DNA of 60,371 nucleotides, the filler included. It is 5 parts of 5 records of this genome, joined end to end, with 100 filler letters (N's around TTAATTAATTAA, not from the genome) between each part and the next. Parts side by side here need not be neighbours in the genome. Positions count along the whole stretch, not along the records: positions 46,276 to 52,532 come from DRR723986_5045; positions 52,633 to 60,371 come from DRR723986_5056; 3 more parts are not named here. One strand, written 5' to 3'. A program made the translations under genes and the position numbers. This document shows positions 51,555 to 60,371 of the stretch, in pieces. Positions within the stretch are counted from its first letter, which is position 1; each line of letters starts with the position of its first letter. Below the pieces are notes generated by a model. The model made no database searches and had not been told where the DNA came from. It worked only from the letters and a program-made list of their open reading frames with translations.

Positions 51555-51583
51555 AAAAAAAACGGCGGGCAAGGCCCGCCGTT
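51555..51583 (-). terminator. intrinsic terminator of dctM-like gene
   Basis: AACGGCGGGC/GCCCGCCGTT stem with U8 tail on minus strand. Confidence 0.85.
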
Positions 51584-51607
51584 CGAGATTCTGGATGGTC
51601 CGGGTCG

Positions 51608-52531
51608 TTACCGGTTTGTGATGATTTCCGGTCCCATCAGGCTGTAGGGCAGCCAGGTGGACAGGGCCGGGACATAGGTCACCAGGATGAGGAACAGGAG
51701 CAGGATGAGCACGAACGGCGCTGCCGCCTTGACCACCTGCACCAGACTCATCCCCGTTATCCCCGATGTGACGAACAGATTGAGCCCGATTGGCGGCGTG
51801 ATCATGCCGATTTCCATGTTCACGACCATGATGATGCCGAGGTGAACCGGATCGACGCCGAGTTCCATGCCGATCGGGAAGACCACCGGCGCCACGATCA
51901 GAAGCAGGCCCGACGGTTCCATGAACTGACCACCAAGCAGCAGCAGCAGGTTGACCGCGATCAGGAAGGTGAACCAGTTGAAACCGGCTCCGACCATCCA
52001 GTCGGTGATTGCCTGCGGAATCCGCTCCGATGTCAGCACGTGGGCAAACAGCAGGGCGTTGACGATGATGAACATCAGCATGATGGTCGTCTTCGCCGCA
52101 TCCACCATCACCTTCTTGGTGTCCTTGTGGAACATGGCCGGAAGAAACTTCCAGACGATCAGTCCGATATTCCGACCCCAGATCTTTGCGCCGATACCAT
52201 AGATGGACGGCAGCTCGGCAGGGCTGACACGGCCACGCAGAAGCGGATAGCCAATCAGCGCAGCCAGCAGGACAATGGCACTGTCGATGCCGTAGAAACC
52301 CTGTCTGTCCGTGACCATGCCGGCGATGCTCGACCAGGCGAACATTGCGGCAATCCCGTAGGTGATGGTCTTGAAACCGGCCAGCCCCAGAGGGCCGTCC
52401 TGTTCCTGTACCCAGCGAATGCCACTGAGCGGGCCCATGTCGCGATAGACGAAGAGTGCCACGAGGCAGGCATAAACGGCTGCCACTGCCGCAGCTTCGG
52501 TCGGGGTGAAGATACCGCCGTAGATGCCGCC
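51608..52531 (-). CDS. dctM: TRAP transporter large permease (DctM family), 5'-truncated
   Basis: GGIYGGIFTPTEAA, GQFMEP, DPVHLG, ITPPIGLNLFV. Confidence 0.9.
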   Translation of the reverse strand, partial: GGIYGGIFTPTEAAAVAAVYACLVALFVYRDMGPLSGIRWVQEQDGPLGLAGFKTITYGIAAMFAWSSIAGMVTDRQGFYGIDSAIVLLAALIGYPLLRGRVSPAELPSIYGIGAKIWGRNIGLIVWKFLPAMFHKDTKKVMVDAAKTTIMLMFIIVNALLFAHVLTSERIPQAITDWMVGAGFNWFTFLIAVNLLLLLGGQFMEPSGLLLIVAPVVFPIGMELGVDPVHLGIIMVVNMEIGMITPPIGLNLFVTSGITGMSLVQVVKAAAPFVLILLLFLILVTYVPALSTWLPYSLMGPEIITNR

Positions 52532-52532
52532 C

Positions 52533-52632
52533 NNNNNNNNNNNNNNNNNNNNNNNNNNNNNNNNNNNNNNNNNNNNTTAATTAATTAANNNNNNNNNNNN
52601 NNNNNNNNNNNNNNNNNNNNNNNNNNNNNNNN
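52533..52632. other. artificial contig spacer
   Basis: 44 N + TTAATTAATTAA + 44 N. Confidence 0.99.
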
Positions 52633-52662
52633 TCGGAGGTTCGAATCCTCTCACTCCGACCA
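52633..52662 (+). tRNA. 3' part of a tRNA, probably tRNA-Pro (T arm, acceptor 3' strand, CCA); anticodon not visible
   Basis: GGAGG-TTCGAAT-CCTCT-CACTCCG-A-CCA. Confidence 0.8.
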
Positions 52663-52974
52663 GTAAAATCCAAAACTTACAAGACCTCCACAAATGTGCT
52701 TACAGCCACGGTAAGCACAAACTAAGCGCGGCATGGGTAAATCCGGGTCAGTTCGGGTTGAATGGAGGGGCAGAAACCCTCTCGTGGTCGCGTAGTCCGC
52801 CAATCTAGGACAGAGCGCCACAAAGAAGTGCCAGTCCTCGTCACATGGGGCTCCGGGCTCTGACCCCTGGTGCGTTCGGTACTGCACCGCTTTGCGATCA
52901 CCTACTTTCCCAGTCGTTGGGTTTCCCGTTCGCGGCAGGGATAGCTGCGACCGGCCTGCCTCCACAGCGGAAGA

Positions 52975-54285
52975 TCACACCTTGGACTTCAACCGGATGA
53001 CGCCTGCTTCGGACAAAGAGTGGGCCAGCTCTGTACAGCGTTCGATGGTTTCGCCGATGATCTCGGAAATGCCGAACAGGCTGGTCTGTCCATCGCAATA
53101 GGCCAGGAAGTTCATCATCGCCCGGACCTTTTGCCGTGACTCCTTTGTGCTGAGCGTGGGGTATAGCCCGCGCTTTCCAAGCTGCGGTTCGCACGGGAAC
53201 ACCGGTTCGTAGATTGCGTTGGCTTCCAGCGCCCGCACGCAAGCCTGAAGCACGGAATAGGCCCCCTCCAGCCCGCTTGGGGTGACGAAATCGAGGTTGT
53301 CCAGCGAGGTATGGTATTCCGGGTATCTGCCGTATTTGGACCGCATGATCGACACCACCGGCAGATCCACCATCGGGCTACAGAATTGCCGCTCGTCGCT
53401 GCCGCGTTCAAGGAACGAGTAGCGGTCGAACTTTGGAACAAAGGCCTCCAGAACGCTGAGCGCTACCTGATCTGCCACGGTTCCGCCAACGCGTGAGGGC
53501 ATAAAGGAATATGTCCGGTCATCGCCAACACAGGTCACGACGAAGCCCGCATGAACCTTCTGCTTCAGATGTTCCAGATGCCGGTTGAGGTAGATGATGG
53601 CGCCAATGGTTTCGGGGACAAAGATGAAGCGATAGGTAAAGCGCCGGTCCCGACCAGCCAGCCAACGCGCCAGAGCCATTGCAACGGCCACGCCCGACAG
53701 CTCGTTATTGGCCATCTGGGGGTGACAGAGATAGGTCGAGAAGATGATTTCCCGATCTTCACTGCCGGGCAGGACAAGATCAGCGTAGTTGATCACGCCG
53801 GGCTGAAGATCCGCATCCACAACCGCACGGTACTTGCCCGGCACAAGGGCATCGCGCTGTCGTTGGCTCAGGCAGAACCCCCATCTGCGTTCGTAGTAGG
53901 AGGTCACATAGGGGATCGCCTCCGGCTGATCGGGAAGGGAATAGAGATGCTGTTGCAACTCGTCCAGATCCATCCATTGATCAACCGGCTCTGAATAACC
54001 AAGAACGTGAAGCCCGTGATCCGCCAGATCAACGACACGCTCGCCTGACTCGTTCTCGATATAGGCATCGCGCAGCGTCCATTCATCGGGAACGGTCCAG
54101 TCAAAAACCTTGCTGCCGGAAGCAATCTCATGACATTCGAGGTCAGGGAGAAGCCCCTTCATGTATGTCAGGGTCTTGCGGACGCCTGGGCCTGAAAGGC
54201 TCCGCTTCATTGGGAAGAGATCGGCAATCCAACCATACATCTGTTCGCCGATCCCGGTCGGGTCGGGACGCAGTCGATCTGTCAT
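52975..54285 (-). CDS. DUF4910 (DUF2172) aminopeptidase-like glycan-locus protein
   Basis: FDWTVPDEW, PYVTSYY, STYLCHPQMANNELSG, RGSDERQF, YHTSLDNL, C-terminal wHTH. Confidence 0.9.
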   Translation of the reverse strand: MTDRLRPDPTGIGEQMYGWIADLFPMKRSLSGPGVRKTLTYMKGLLPDLECHEIASGSKVFDWTVPDEWTLRDAYIENESGERVVDLADHGLHVLGYSEPVDQWMDLDELQQHLYSLPDQPEAIPYVTSYYERRWGFCLSQRQRDALVPGKYRAVVDADLQPGVINYADLVLPGSEDREIIFSTYLCHPQMANNELSGVAVAMALARWLAGRDRRFTYRFIFVPETIGAIIYLNRHLEHLKQKVHAGFVVTCVGDDRTYSFMPSRVGGTVADQVALSVLEAFVPKFDRYSFLERGSDERQFCSPMVDLPVVSIMRSKYGRYPEYHTSLDNLDFVTPSGLEGAYSVLQACVRALEANAIYEPVFPCEPQLGKRGLYPTLSTKESRQKVRAMMNFLAYCDGQTSLFGISEIIGETIERCTELAHSLSEAGVIRLKSKV

Positions 54286-54288
54286 CCG

Positions 54289-54966
54289 TCAAGCACCCTT
54301 GGGCTTACGGGCGAGAATTTCCCAGTTGGCGTAGACTTCGTAGGGTTTGGTGCTCATGTCGACAGATTCAACGTGATGCAGTTTTTCGAGATCGAGACAG
54401 CCTTGGAAAAGGTCTTCAATCTCGTTCTTGGAATAGAACGCAATCTGACCAACTCCCGCATAGGGGCCGTCCTCGGACAGGATCATTCCGCCGTCCATTT
54501 TCTGGCCGCGTGCTGTGGCCCGGTCAGAATAGATTTCCGAGTGCAAGGCTCCGCCGGGCACCAGCACGCGCGCAACCTCCTGGACTGCGCGTTTCACCAC
54601 AGGCTTGGGGGCTTGCGAAAAACCTGCGCGTTCAATGACAAGATCGAAGCTGGCATCCTCGAACGGCAAGGCGGTGAAATCGGCAACCCGCAGATCGGCA
54701 TTAAGGCCCTCGGCATCGAACCATTTGCGGGCGTGGTCAATCACCGGCTCACTGGCATCGATCCCGGACACGTCAAACCCTTCGCGCGCTGCAAACCACA
54801 GGTTATTACCGGCACCGCAGCCGACCTCCAGAATCCGCGTAGCTGCGCGGTCCTTGTCTCTGGGCCGATTCCTGAACAGAAAGGTGACAACCGAAGAAAA
54901 GGGGTAGCGGTTGAGCTGTTGACCTGAACCGTATATCTCGTCCCAGACGGGGTCGAAGGATTGCAT
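54289..54966 (-). CDS. class I SAM-dependent methyltransferase
   Basis: ILEVGCGAGNN, LPFEDASFD, VLVPGG; start MQSFDPVW. Confidence 0.9.
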   Translation of the reverse strand: MQSFDPVWDEIYGSGQQLNRYPFSSVVTFLFRNRPRDKDRAATRILEVGCGAGNNLWFAAREGFDVSGIDASEPVIDHARKWFDAEGLNADLRVADFTALPFEDASFDLVIERAGFSQAPKPVVKRAVQEVARVLVPGGALHSEIYSDRATARGQKMDGGMILSEDGPYAGVGQIAFYSKNEIEDLFQGCLDLEKLHHVESVDMSTKPYEVYANWEILARKPKGA

Positions 54967-55009
54967 GTTTTTCGATCTCTCTCTCGCTGTTTGGGACAAC
55001 ATTCACCTT

Positions 55010-56023
55010 ATGAACGAAACGTCAAACGAATTCTATGTCCCCGGACTGATGGATCTTTCCAAGTATCAACTGGTGCGGACAGAGCCGGATTCACAGTGGG
55101 ATTCCTTCGTCGAAAGCTCTCCGCAGGGGACGATTTTCAGCACGTCAGCCTTTCTGAACGGCACCGGTCGACGCCTTGGGCTGTGGTATTGCCTGAAAGG
55201 AAAAGCCCCGGTTGGAGGCGTCGCTCTGATCGAATCCGAAGACGGACGATCCGCGATTGTTGCCCCTCATGTCATCCATGGCGGCCCGATGTTTGCCCCT
55301 GCACCTCCCGAACAGAACCGATCCCAGGTCATATCGGAAGAGTTCCGGATTATCAGCGCATGCCTGCGCGATCTGGCCGATAGCTACGACGAGGTCGCCT
55401 TCGCCTGCGGGCCGGCCATCGAAGACCTGAGGCCGGTCCAATGGCACAATTACGGAACCGACGGGCGCAAGTTCGATCTGACATTGCGCTACACGTCCTA
55501 CCTGGACCTCGTGGGTTCGGACCTGCCCTTCGCGCAACACCCGGTCTACCTCGCGTGCAACAAGTCCCGGCGGCAGGAAATCCGCTACGGGGTCGCGTCC
55601 GGCATCCGTGTCGAGGACGGTGGCGAAGCGGAAACGTTCCTGGACCTTTATCGCCGCACATTCGAACGACAGGGACAGGCCGTCAGCGAAGAAGAGCTTT
55701 CATTCCTGTCCGGCCTTCTCGGGCACTTGTCGCAGGCTGGCCGGCTCAGGGTCTACACGGCCCTGACCGCTGAAAATGTGGTTGGGTCTGTCGCGGTGTT
55801 CGGAACCGATGCCAAGCGCGCCTACTACCTCTATGGGGCAAACAACCCCGATCTTCGCGACACTCAATGCGGCACCATGGCATTGTTTCAGGCGTTCCTT
55901 AAGCTTGGTCAGGACGGCTTTCGGCAGGTTGATCTGGAAGGAATCAACAGCCCCAAGCGAGGTTACTTCAAGCTAAGCTTCGGCGGAACGATCACGCCGT
56001 ATTTCCAGGCCCGAATGACATGA
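55010..56023 (+). CDS. FemAB-like GNAT acyltransferase
   Basis: WDSFVESSPQGTIF, KSRRQEIR, AYYLYGA, DLEGINSP...FKLSFGG; start 55010 or 55049. Confidence 0.8.
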   Translation: MNETSNEFYVPGLMDLSKYQLVRTEPDSQWDSFVESSPQGTIFSTSAFLNGTGRRLGLWYCLKGKAPVGGVALIESEDGRSAIVAPHVIHGGPMFAPAPPEQNRSQVISEEFRIISACLRDLADSYDEVAFACGPAIEDLRPVQWHNYGTDGRKFDLTLRYTSYLDLVGSDLPFAQHPVYLACNKSRRQEIRYGVASGIRVEDGGEAETFLDLYRRTFERQGQAVSEEELSFLSGLLGHLSQAGRLRVYTALTAENVVGSVAVFGTDAKRAYYLYGANNPDLRDTQCGTMALFQAFLKLGQDGFRQVDLEGINSPKRGYFKLSFGGTITPYFQARMT

Positions 56024-57105
56024 GAAAAACACTCGGTGTCTTCATGAACGGTGCCCCGATGATGGAGGGGTTCTTCCACGTTGTCGCCGCGCTTCGGGCC
56101 AATGACCGGGTCAACCTGCGCATCTATGTTCCGTCCGGCTATCTGCGTCGGGAACCGCGCGCCCGGGCCGTGTTTGCGCAGGCGGGGCTGCGCCCCATCG
56201 TGGTGCCGAACGTCCTGCTGAAGCAGTTCCACAGCTGGTGGTTCCGAGGCCTCGACGCCACCATAGCGATTTCTGACCCGATCACTGACCGAACCACCTA
56301 CCGGCATCGTCACAGGGCAGCCGTTGCGCAGGGACTGCCGATCATATTTGTGCAGCACAGCGCGGTTCAGGGCGGTCTTAATTTCCCGATGCCCCTTTAC
56401 GATGCAAAGGAATATGCCTCTTCCCTGATCCTCACCTACACACCAATGGATCACATGGCCTATCACTTCACGCCTGACACGATGGCCAAGATGCGCACCG
56501 TCGGTTTCTTGAAGAAATACCCGCTGCCGTTGCATCAACCGACGGGTGAACTGGCTGAAATTCTGTCACGGTTCGAAAAACGGGTTGTTCTGTGCCACTC
56601 TTTCCGTTGGGCGTTTGAACGCTTTGACACCTCGGAACACACCCGCTTCTTCGAGATGGTTGAACAAAGCGCGAAGGAGAACCCCGATATTCTCTACATT
56701 CTGCGCCCTCATCGGGGAAAATCCGGGGGGGAGATCCAGCAGCAGCAGGACTTCCTGACGCGAAATCCGAACATCATCGTTTCGAACACCGATCGCGGGC
56801 CGCTTGCAGGGCTGTCGCTTTATGACATCGTGGGGTTTTCCGACGCGCTTGTCAGCCATGCATCGACAGCCGTGCTTGATGGGCTTTATGGCGGCATTCC
56901 GGCTGCCATTCTGGCAGAAACATCCGGCGATGTCTGGTTCCCCACCCTGCCCCGTGTCAGCGACGCGCAAAGCCTGTCTGCATTTCTGAACTCGGCGCGA
57001 ATAGACGACCCGGTGTATCAGGATCTGATCGAGGAGTTCGGTCAGTTCGACGAAAATATTCAGCGCGCAAGCAGAGCCATCGAGGACTATCTCGAAGCAT
57101 TGTGA
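56020..57105 (+). CDS. GT-B-like polysaccharide biosynthesis protein (family uncertain)
   Basis: FVQHS, LRPHR, SHASTAVLDGLYGGIP; ATGA coupling with GNAT. Confidence 0.55.
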   Translation: MRKTLGVFMNGAPMMEGFFHVVAALRANDRVNLRIYVPSGYLRREPRARAVFAQAGLRPIVVPNVLLKQFHSWWFRGLDATIAISDPITDRTTYRHRHRAAVAQGLPIIFVQHSAVQGGLNFPMPLYDAKEYASSLILTYTPMDHMAYHFTPDTMAKMRTVGFLKKYPLPLHQPTGELAEILSRFEKRVVLCHSFRWAFERFDTSEHTRFFEMVEQSAKENPDILYILRPHRGKSGGEIQQQQDFLTRNPNIIVSNTDRGPLAGLSLYDIVGFSDALVSHASTAVLDGLYGGIPAAILAETSGDVWFPTLPRVSDAQSLSAFLNSARIDDPVYQDLIEEFGQFDENIQRASRAIEDYLEAL

Positions 57106-57135
57106 CCGACCAAGCGCAAGAAGTGAGGAACCGGC

Positions 57136-58512
57136 ATGGAACGGGTTCAGATAATCGGTGGTGGCTTTCGGGGCATCGTTCTGGCGTATCTGGCTCGGCA
57201 GGCCGGGCATGAAGTCACGCTGATCGAGGCCGGAAAGCGGCTTGGGGGCGTGCTGAACTGCGTGTCATGGAATGGGTTTGACCTCGATCTTGGCTGCCAC
57301 CTGTTCGACAATGTCGATGACCGGGCGACCTCGCTGGTCTTCGAGATCGCAGGGGGGACGAACGCCTTCCATCCGGTTGAGGTGCATTATGCATCCAAAG
57401 CCGGGGGCGAGGTGGTGGACGGCATTGCAATCCCAAGCTTTCAAGGCCTTCCGGTGGAAGATCAGGCGCGTATGCTGTTTGATCTGATCGCCACTTGCAG
57501 CGAGGAGCAGCCTGATCCGGCAAGCCTTGGCGCGTCCCTGACGGGGCGTTTCGGGTCCGGAATTGCATCAAGACTACGCCCGATGGCGGCCAAGATGTTC
57601 GCTGAAGACCCAGATCTTCTGGCCGCCTCGGCGCTTGAGATGGGCTTGTTTCGCCGCGTCCGCTTTCTGGATGACGATGTCGCGCGGCTTCTCAAGACAC
57701 TTCCGGCGCTGGATGACAGGCTGGCGGTCTCCAGCGTAACAGCACCTATGGAATTCTATTCAGATGTGCGCGAACGCCCCTATCGAAACTTTTACCCATC
57801 AAGGGGAGGAATGGGCGGGTTCACCAATGCCGCCGCGCAGACGCTCGCCCGGATGGGCGTGGATATCAGGCTCGAGACCGGGATCGAGCAGGTTGAAACC
57901 AATGGGGACACTCACGAAACACGGCTTTCAAGCGGCGATACCCTGATTTCTGACTGCCTATTTTCGACACTAACGCCCGATGCCAATGAACGTCTTTTTC
58001 TGAAACGGCAGCGCTTGTCCGATTTGACATGGGCCGTACCGATGGCGCTGATCTATTTCTCTGTTCGGGCCGACGACCTGACCGGTCTGCACTACATGCA
58101 CAATTTCAACGAGGCCGAACTGATGTTCCGGGGGTCTGCACCCGGTCTTTACGGCAGACAGATCAAGTCGGATGGCACGACCTATGTCTGCGCAGAAATA
58201 CCAACCAGAATGGATGGCATCGCATGGACCGAAACCGAAGCCATGGTGCCCCGGATCTGGGAAGAGCTGCAAATAAGTGCGCTGGTGCGCCCCGGGGCCG
58301 CATTTGAGGCTTTCCACATTCTGCGTGCGCCCAAATCGTTCAGTGTCGGGCGAATTGGCCACGCGCGTGAATTGGCACGGGTTCAGGACGAATTGGCCAG
58401 TCGCCACCCCGCAGTTCATTTTTCTGCTGATATGGCTTTTGCGAAATCCGCAATCCTCTCGGAAGTCATGAAATCTGCAAAAGATGATCTGGGCTGGTTG
58501 GCGCCGGACTAG
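57136..58512 (+). CDS. FAD/NAD(P)-binding oxidoreductase (HemY/UDP-galactopyranose mutase-like fold)
   Basis: IIGGGFRG, EAGKRLGG, DLGCHLF, YPSRGGMG; SD GAGGA. Confidence 0.75.
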   Translation: MERVQIIGGGFRGIVLAYLARQAGHEVTLIEAGKRLGGVLNCVSWNGFDLDLGCHLFDNVDDRATSLVFEIAGGTNAFHPVEVHYASKAGGEVVDGIAIPSFQGLPVEDQARMLFDLIATCSEEQPDPASLGASLTGRFGSGIASRLRPMAAKMFAEDPDLLAASALEMGLFRRVRFLDDDVARLLKTLPALDDRLAVSSVTAPMEFYSDVRERPYRNFYPSRGGMGGFTNAAAQTLARMGVDIRLETGIEQVETNGDTHETRLSSGDTLISDCLFSTLTPDANERLFLKRQRLSDLTWAVPMALIYFSVRADDLTGLHYMHNFNEAELMFRGSAPGLYGRQIKSDGTTYVCAEIPTRMDGIAWTETEAMVPRIWEELQISALVRPGAAFEAFHILRAPKSFSVGRIGHARELARVQDELASRHPAVHFSADMAFAKSAILSEVMKSAKDDLGWLAPD

Positions 58513-58553
58513 GCAAACATTGCCAAATCACGATTGGTGCCAAGCAGTACCCG

Positions 58554-58612
58554 AAAAAAACCCGGCGCATGGCCGGGCCAGTCCAACAGGGAGGTAGGTG
58601 TTTATCACCTTG
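58554..58612 (-). ncRNA. suhB/alpha-r8-like small RNA
   Basis: 5' hairpin AGGTG/CACCT, CCTCCCTGTTGGACT core, CCCGGC/GCCGGG terminator + U7; promoter TTGACT-N17-GATAGT at 58646-58618. Confidence 0.7.
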
Positions 58613-58661
58613 CGTAAACTATCGGTTGCTTTTGCCAATTAGTCAACATTTAGGGGTTAAC

Positions 58662-59348
58662 TCAGGCCAATAGACGATATCCGCCACTTTCTGTGACCAA
58701 AATGCGCGCATTCGAGGGGTCAGGCTCGATCTTCTGCCGCAACCGGTAGATATGGGTTTCCAGCGTATGTGTCGTCACCCCGGCATTATAGCCCCAGACC
58801 TCATGCAGCAGCACATCACGGGCCACGACGCCATCCTGGGCGCGATAGAGGAATTTGAGGATATTGGTTTCCTTCTCGGTCAACCGGATCTTCTTCATAT
58901 CGTCAGTTTCCAGCATCTTCATCGCGGGCTTGAAGGTATACGGCCCAAGTTGGAAAACAGCGTCCTCAGATTGCTCGTGCTGGCGCAACTGCGCCCGGAT
59001 GCGGGCCAGAAGGACAGGAAACTTGAAGGGCTTGGTCACATAATCGTTGGCACCCGCATCGAGCCCGAGAATGGTATCGGCATCGCTGTCATGACCGGTC
59101 AGCATCAGCACCGGGCATTTCACCCCCTGCTTTCGCATCAGACGGCACAGTTCGCGGCCATCGGTATCAGGAAGGCCAACATCAAGGATCACCAGATCGT
59201 AAATCGCTTCCTTGGCCTTTTGCAGACCCTCTGTTCCGTTCCCGGCTTCGAACACGTCGAAATCTTCGGTCATCACCAGCTGTTCGGCCAGCGCTTCACG
59301 CAGATCTTCGTCGTCGTCGACCAGCAGGATTTTCTTCAGATTGGCCAT
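58662..59348 (-). CDS. cenR: OmpR-family response regulator, CenR/OtpR orthologue-like
   Basis: DDDEDLREALAEQL, RLTEKETNILKFL, WGYNAGVTTHTLETHIYRLRQKIE. Confidence 0.85.
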   Translation of the reverse strand: MANLKKILLVDDDEDLREALAEQLVMTEDFDVFEAGNGTEGLQKAKEAIYDLVILDVGLPDTDGRELCRLMRKQGVKCPVLMLTGHDSDADTILGLDAGANDYVTKPFKFPVLLARIRAQLRQHEQSEDAVFQLGPYTFKPAMKMLETDDMKKIRLTEKETNILKFLYRAQDGVVARDVLLHEVWGYNAGVTTHTLETHIYRLRQKIEPDPSNARILVTESGGYRLLA

Positions 59349-59516
59349 TTGGGTGACTCCCGTTGCTTGTTGTTATCAGGACATGTCGTGGGAAAACGTC
59401 TGTGACAAGGGGACCGAAAAACTTATCACGCAGCCGTGTCGGACAGAGAGCAAATGTTTCAAATCGCTACAGGGCAGTCTACATGGGAACATGTAACCGC
59501 CGTTCAGGATACCGAC

Positions 59517-60371
59517 ATGCCGCTTCTGCCCACCCCGTCCGAGCTTGCAGCCCGCGCCCGCGCCGATCTGCGCGTGGGGTTGCCGGTTGTGGTGGGCAGT
59601 TCTTCTGGCATTGCCATTCTGGCGGCGGAAACGCTGACCGCTTCGCGGTTGGAGGCAATCCGCCAGATCGGGACATTGGTGCTGGTGATCACCGACCGTC
59701 GGGCGGAAACGCTCAAGGCCCGCGCCTATGACGGCGATATCGCGCGGCTGCAAATTCCCGACGATGCCGATGCCACCTGGATCCGCGCGGTGGCTGATCC
59801 GGCGGACGATCTGCGCATGCCGATGAAGGGGCCCCTTTCCGCACAACGAGAAGGCGAGGCCGGGCTTCACAGGCTGGCGATTGCCCTCGTCAAATCGGCG
59901 CAGCTGTTACCTGCCGCCCTTGTTGTTGCCTTGCACGATGCCAAGGCCTTTGCCAGAGACCGGAACCTGACATTGCTGTCGCCCGAGGCCACGCATCAGG
60001 ATCTACTGATCCACCATACGCTGAACCCCGTCGCTGCTGCCCGCTTGCCGATAGAAGCCGCCGATGCGGGGCGTCTGCACATCTTTCGCCCGGACAATGG
60101 CGGAACAGAACACTACGCCATTCAGATCGGCAGGCCAGATCGAGACGCCCCGGTCCTGACCCGGCTGCATTCTGCCTGCTTTACGGGTGACGTGCTGGGA
60201 TCTCTGAAATGCGATTGCGGGCCGCAGTTGCGCACGGCACTGGCCGAGATGGGCAAGGCTGGCGCTGGCGTCCTGCTCTACCTTAACCAGGAAGGCCGCG
60301 GAATTGGGCTGGCCAACAAAATGCGCGCCTATTCGCTTCAGGATCAAGGGTTTGACACTGTCGAGGCCAAT
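59517..60371 (+). CDS. ribA: GTP cyclohydrolase II, 3'-truncated (absent from ORF track because it has no stop in the window)
   Basis: Hand translation: [19 protein letters not shown]...[23 protein letters not shown]...[28 protein letters not shown]. Confidence 0.93.
   Translation, partial: MPLLPTPSELAARARADLRVGLPVVVGSSSGIAILAAETLTASRLEAIRQIGTLVLVITDRRAETLKARAYDGDIARLQIPDDADATWIRAVADPADDLRMPMKGPLSAQREGEAGLHRLAIALVKSAQLLPAALVVALHDAKAFARDRNLTLLSPEATHQDLLIHHTLNPVAAARLPIEAADAGRLHIFRPDNGGTEHYAIQIGRPDRDAPVLTRLHSACFTGDVLGSLKCDCGPQLRTALAEMGKAGAGVLLYLNQEGRGIGLANKMRAYSLQDQGFDTVEAN

Noticed and set aside
50955-51572. ORFs 50955-51572 and 51430-51621 spanning the palindromic repeat
   Set aside because: Translations of the repeat element and of SCP2 antisense sequence.
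1-60371. CRISPR arrays, transposases, integrases, phage or defence genes
   Set aside because: No regularly spaced repeats or recognisable motifs of these classes were seen in any contig.

Overview
This window is not one locus. It is five separate contigs joined by identical 100-nt spacers (44 N + TTAATTAATTAA + 44 N) at 6082-6181, 16473-16572, 46176-46275 and 52533-52632, so no gene neighbourhood crosses a spacer. Taxonomic labels are impressions from protein style and composition, not database results. Contig 1 (1-6081, betaproteobacterial-like): 2-methylcitrate operon prpB-prpC-acnD-prpF. Contig 2 (6182-16472, Rhodobacteraceae-like): large RTX/DUF4214 surface protein with an apparently catalytically dead leishmanolysin-like domain, a Cys-cluster protein, a fatty-acid desaturase, and a BKACE/aminotransferase/RpiR/TAXI-TRAP catabolic module. 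Contig 3 (16573-46175, lower-GC alphaproteobacterium): mostly housekeeping genes (ssb, uvrA, trmFO, guaB, rlmE, ppx, pssA, psd) plus a molybdoenzyme cluster. Alphaproteobacterial LexA boxes (GTTC-N7-GTTC) precede ssb and uvrA, and two more bracket the promoter of an unknown 74-aa basic single-TM protein, the best candidate for an undescribed SOS effector; a convergent candidate sRNA follows it. Contig 4 (46276-52532, Roseibium/Rhizobiales-like): candidate sRNA, degenerate P1B-ATPase-like protein, sugar-acid dehydratase, SCP2, palindromic repeats, DctM. Contig 5 (52633-60371, Rhodobacteraceae-like): tRNA-Pro 3' end, glycan-tailoring cluster, suhB/alpha-r8-like sRNA, cenR-like regulator, ribA.
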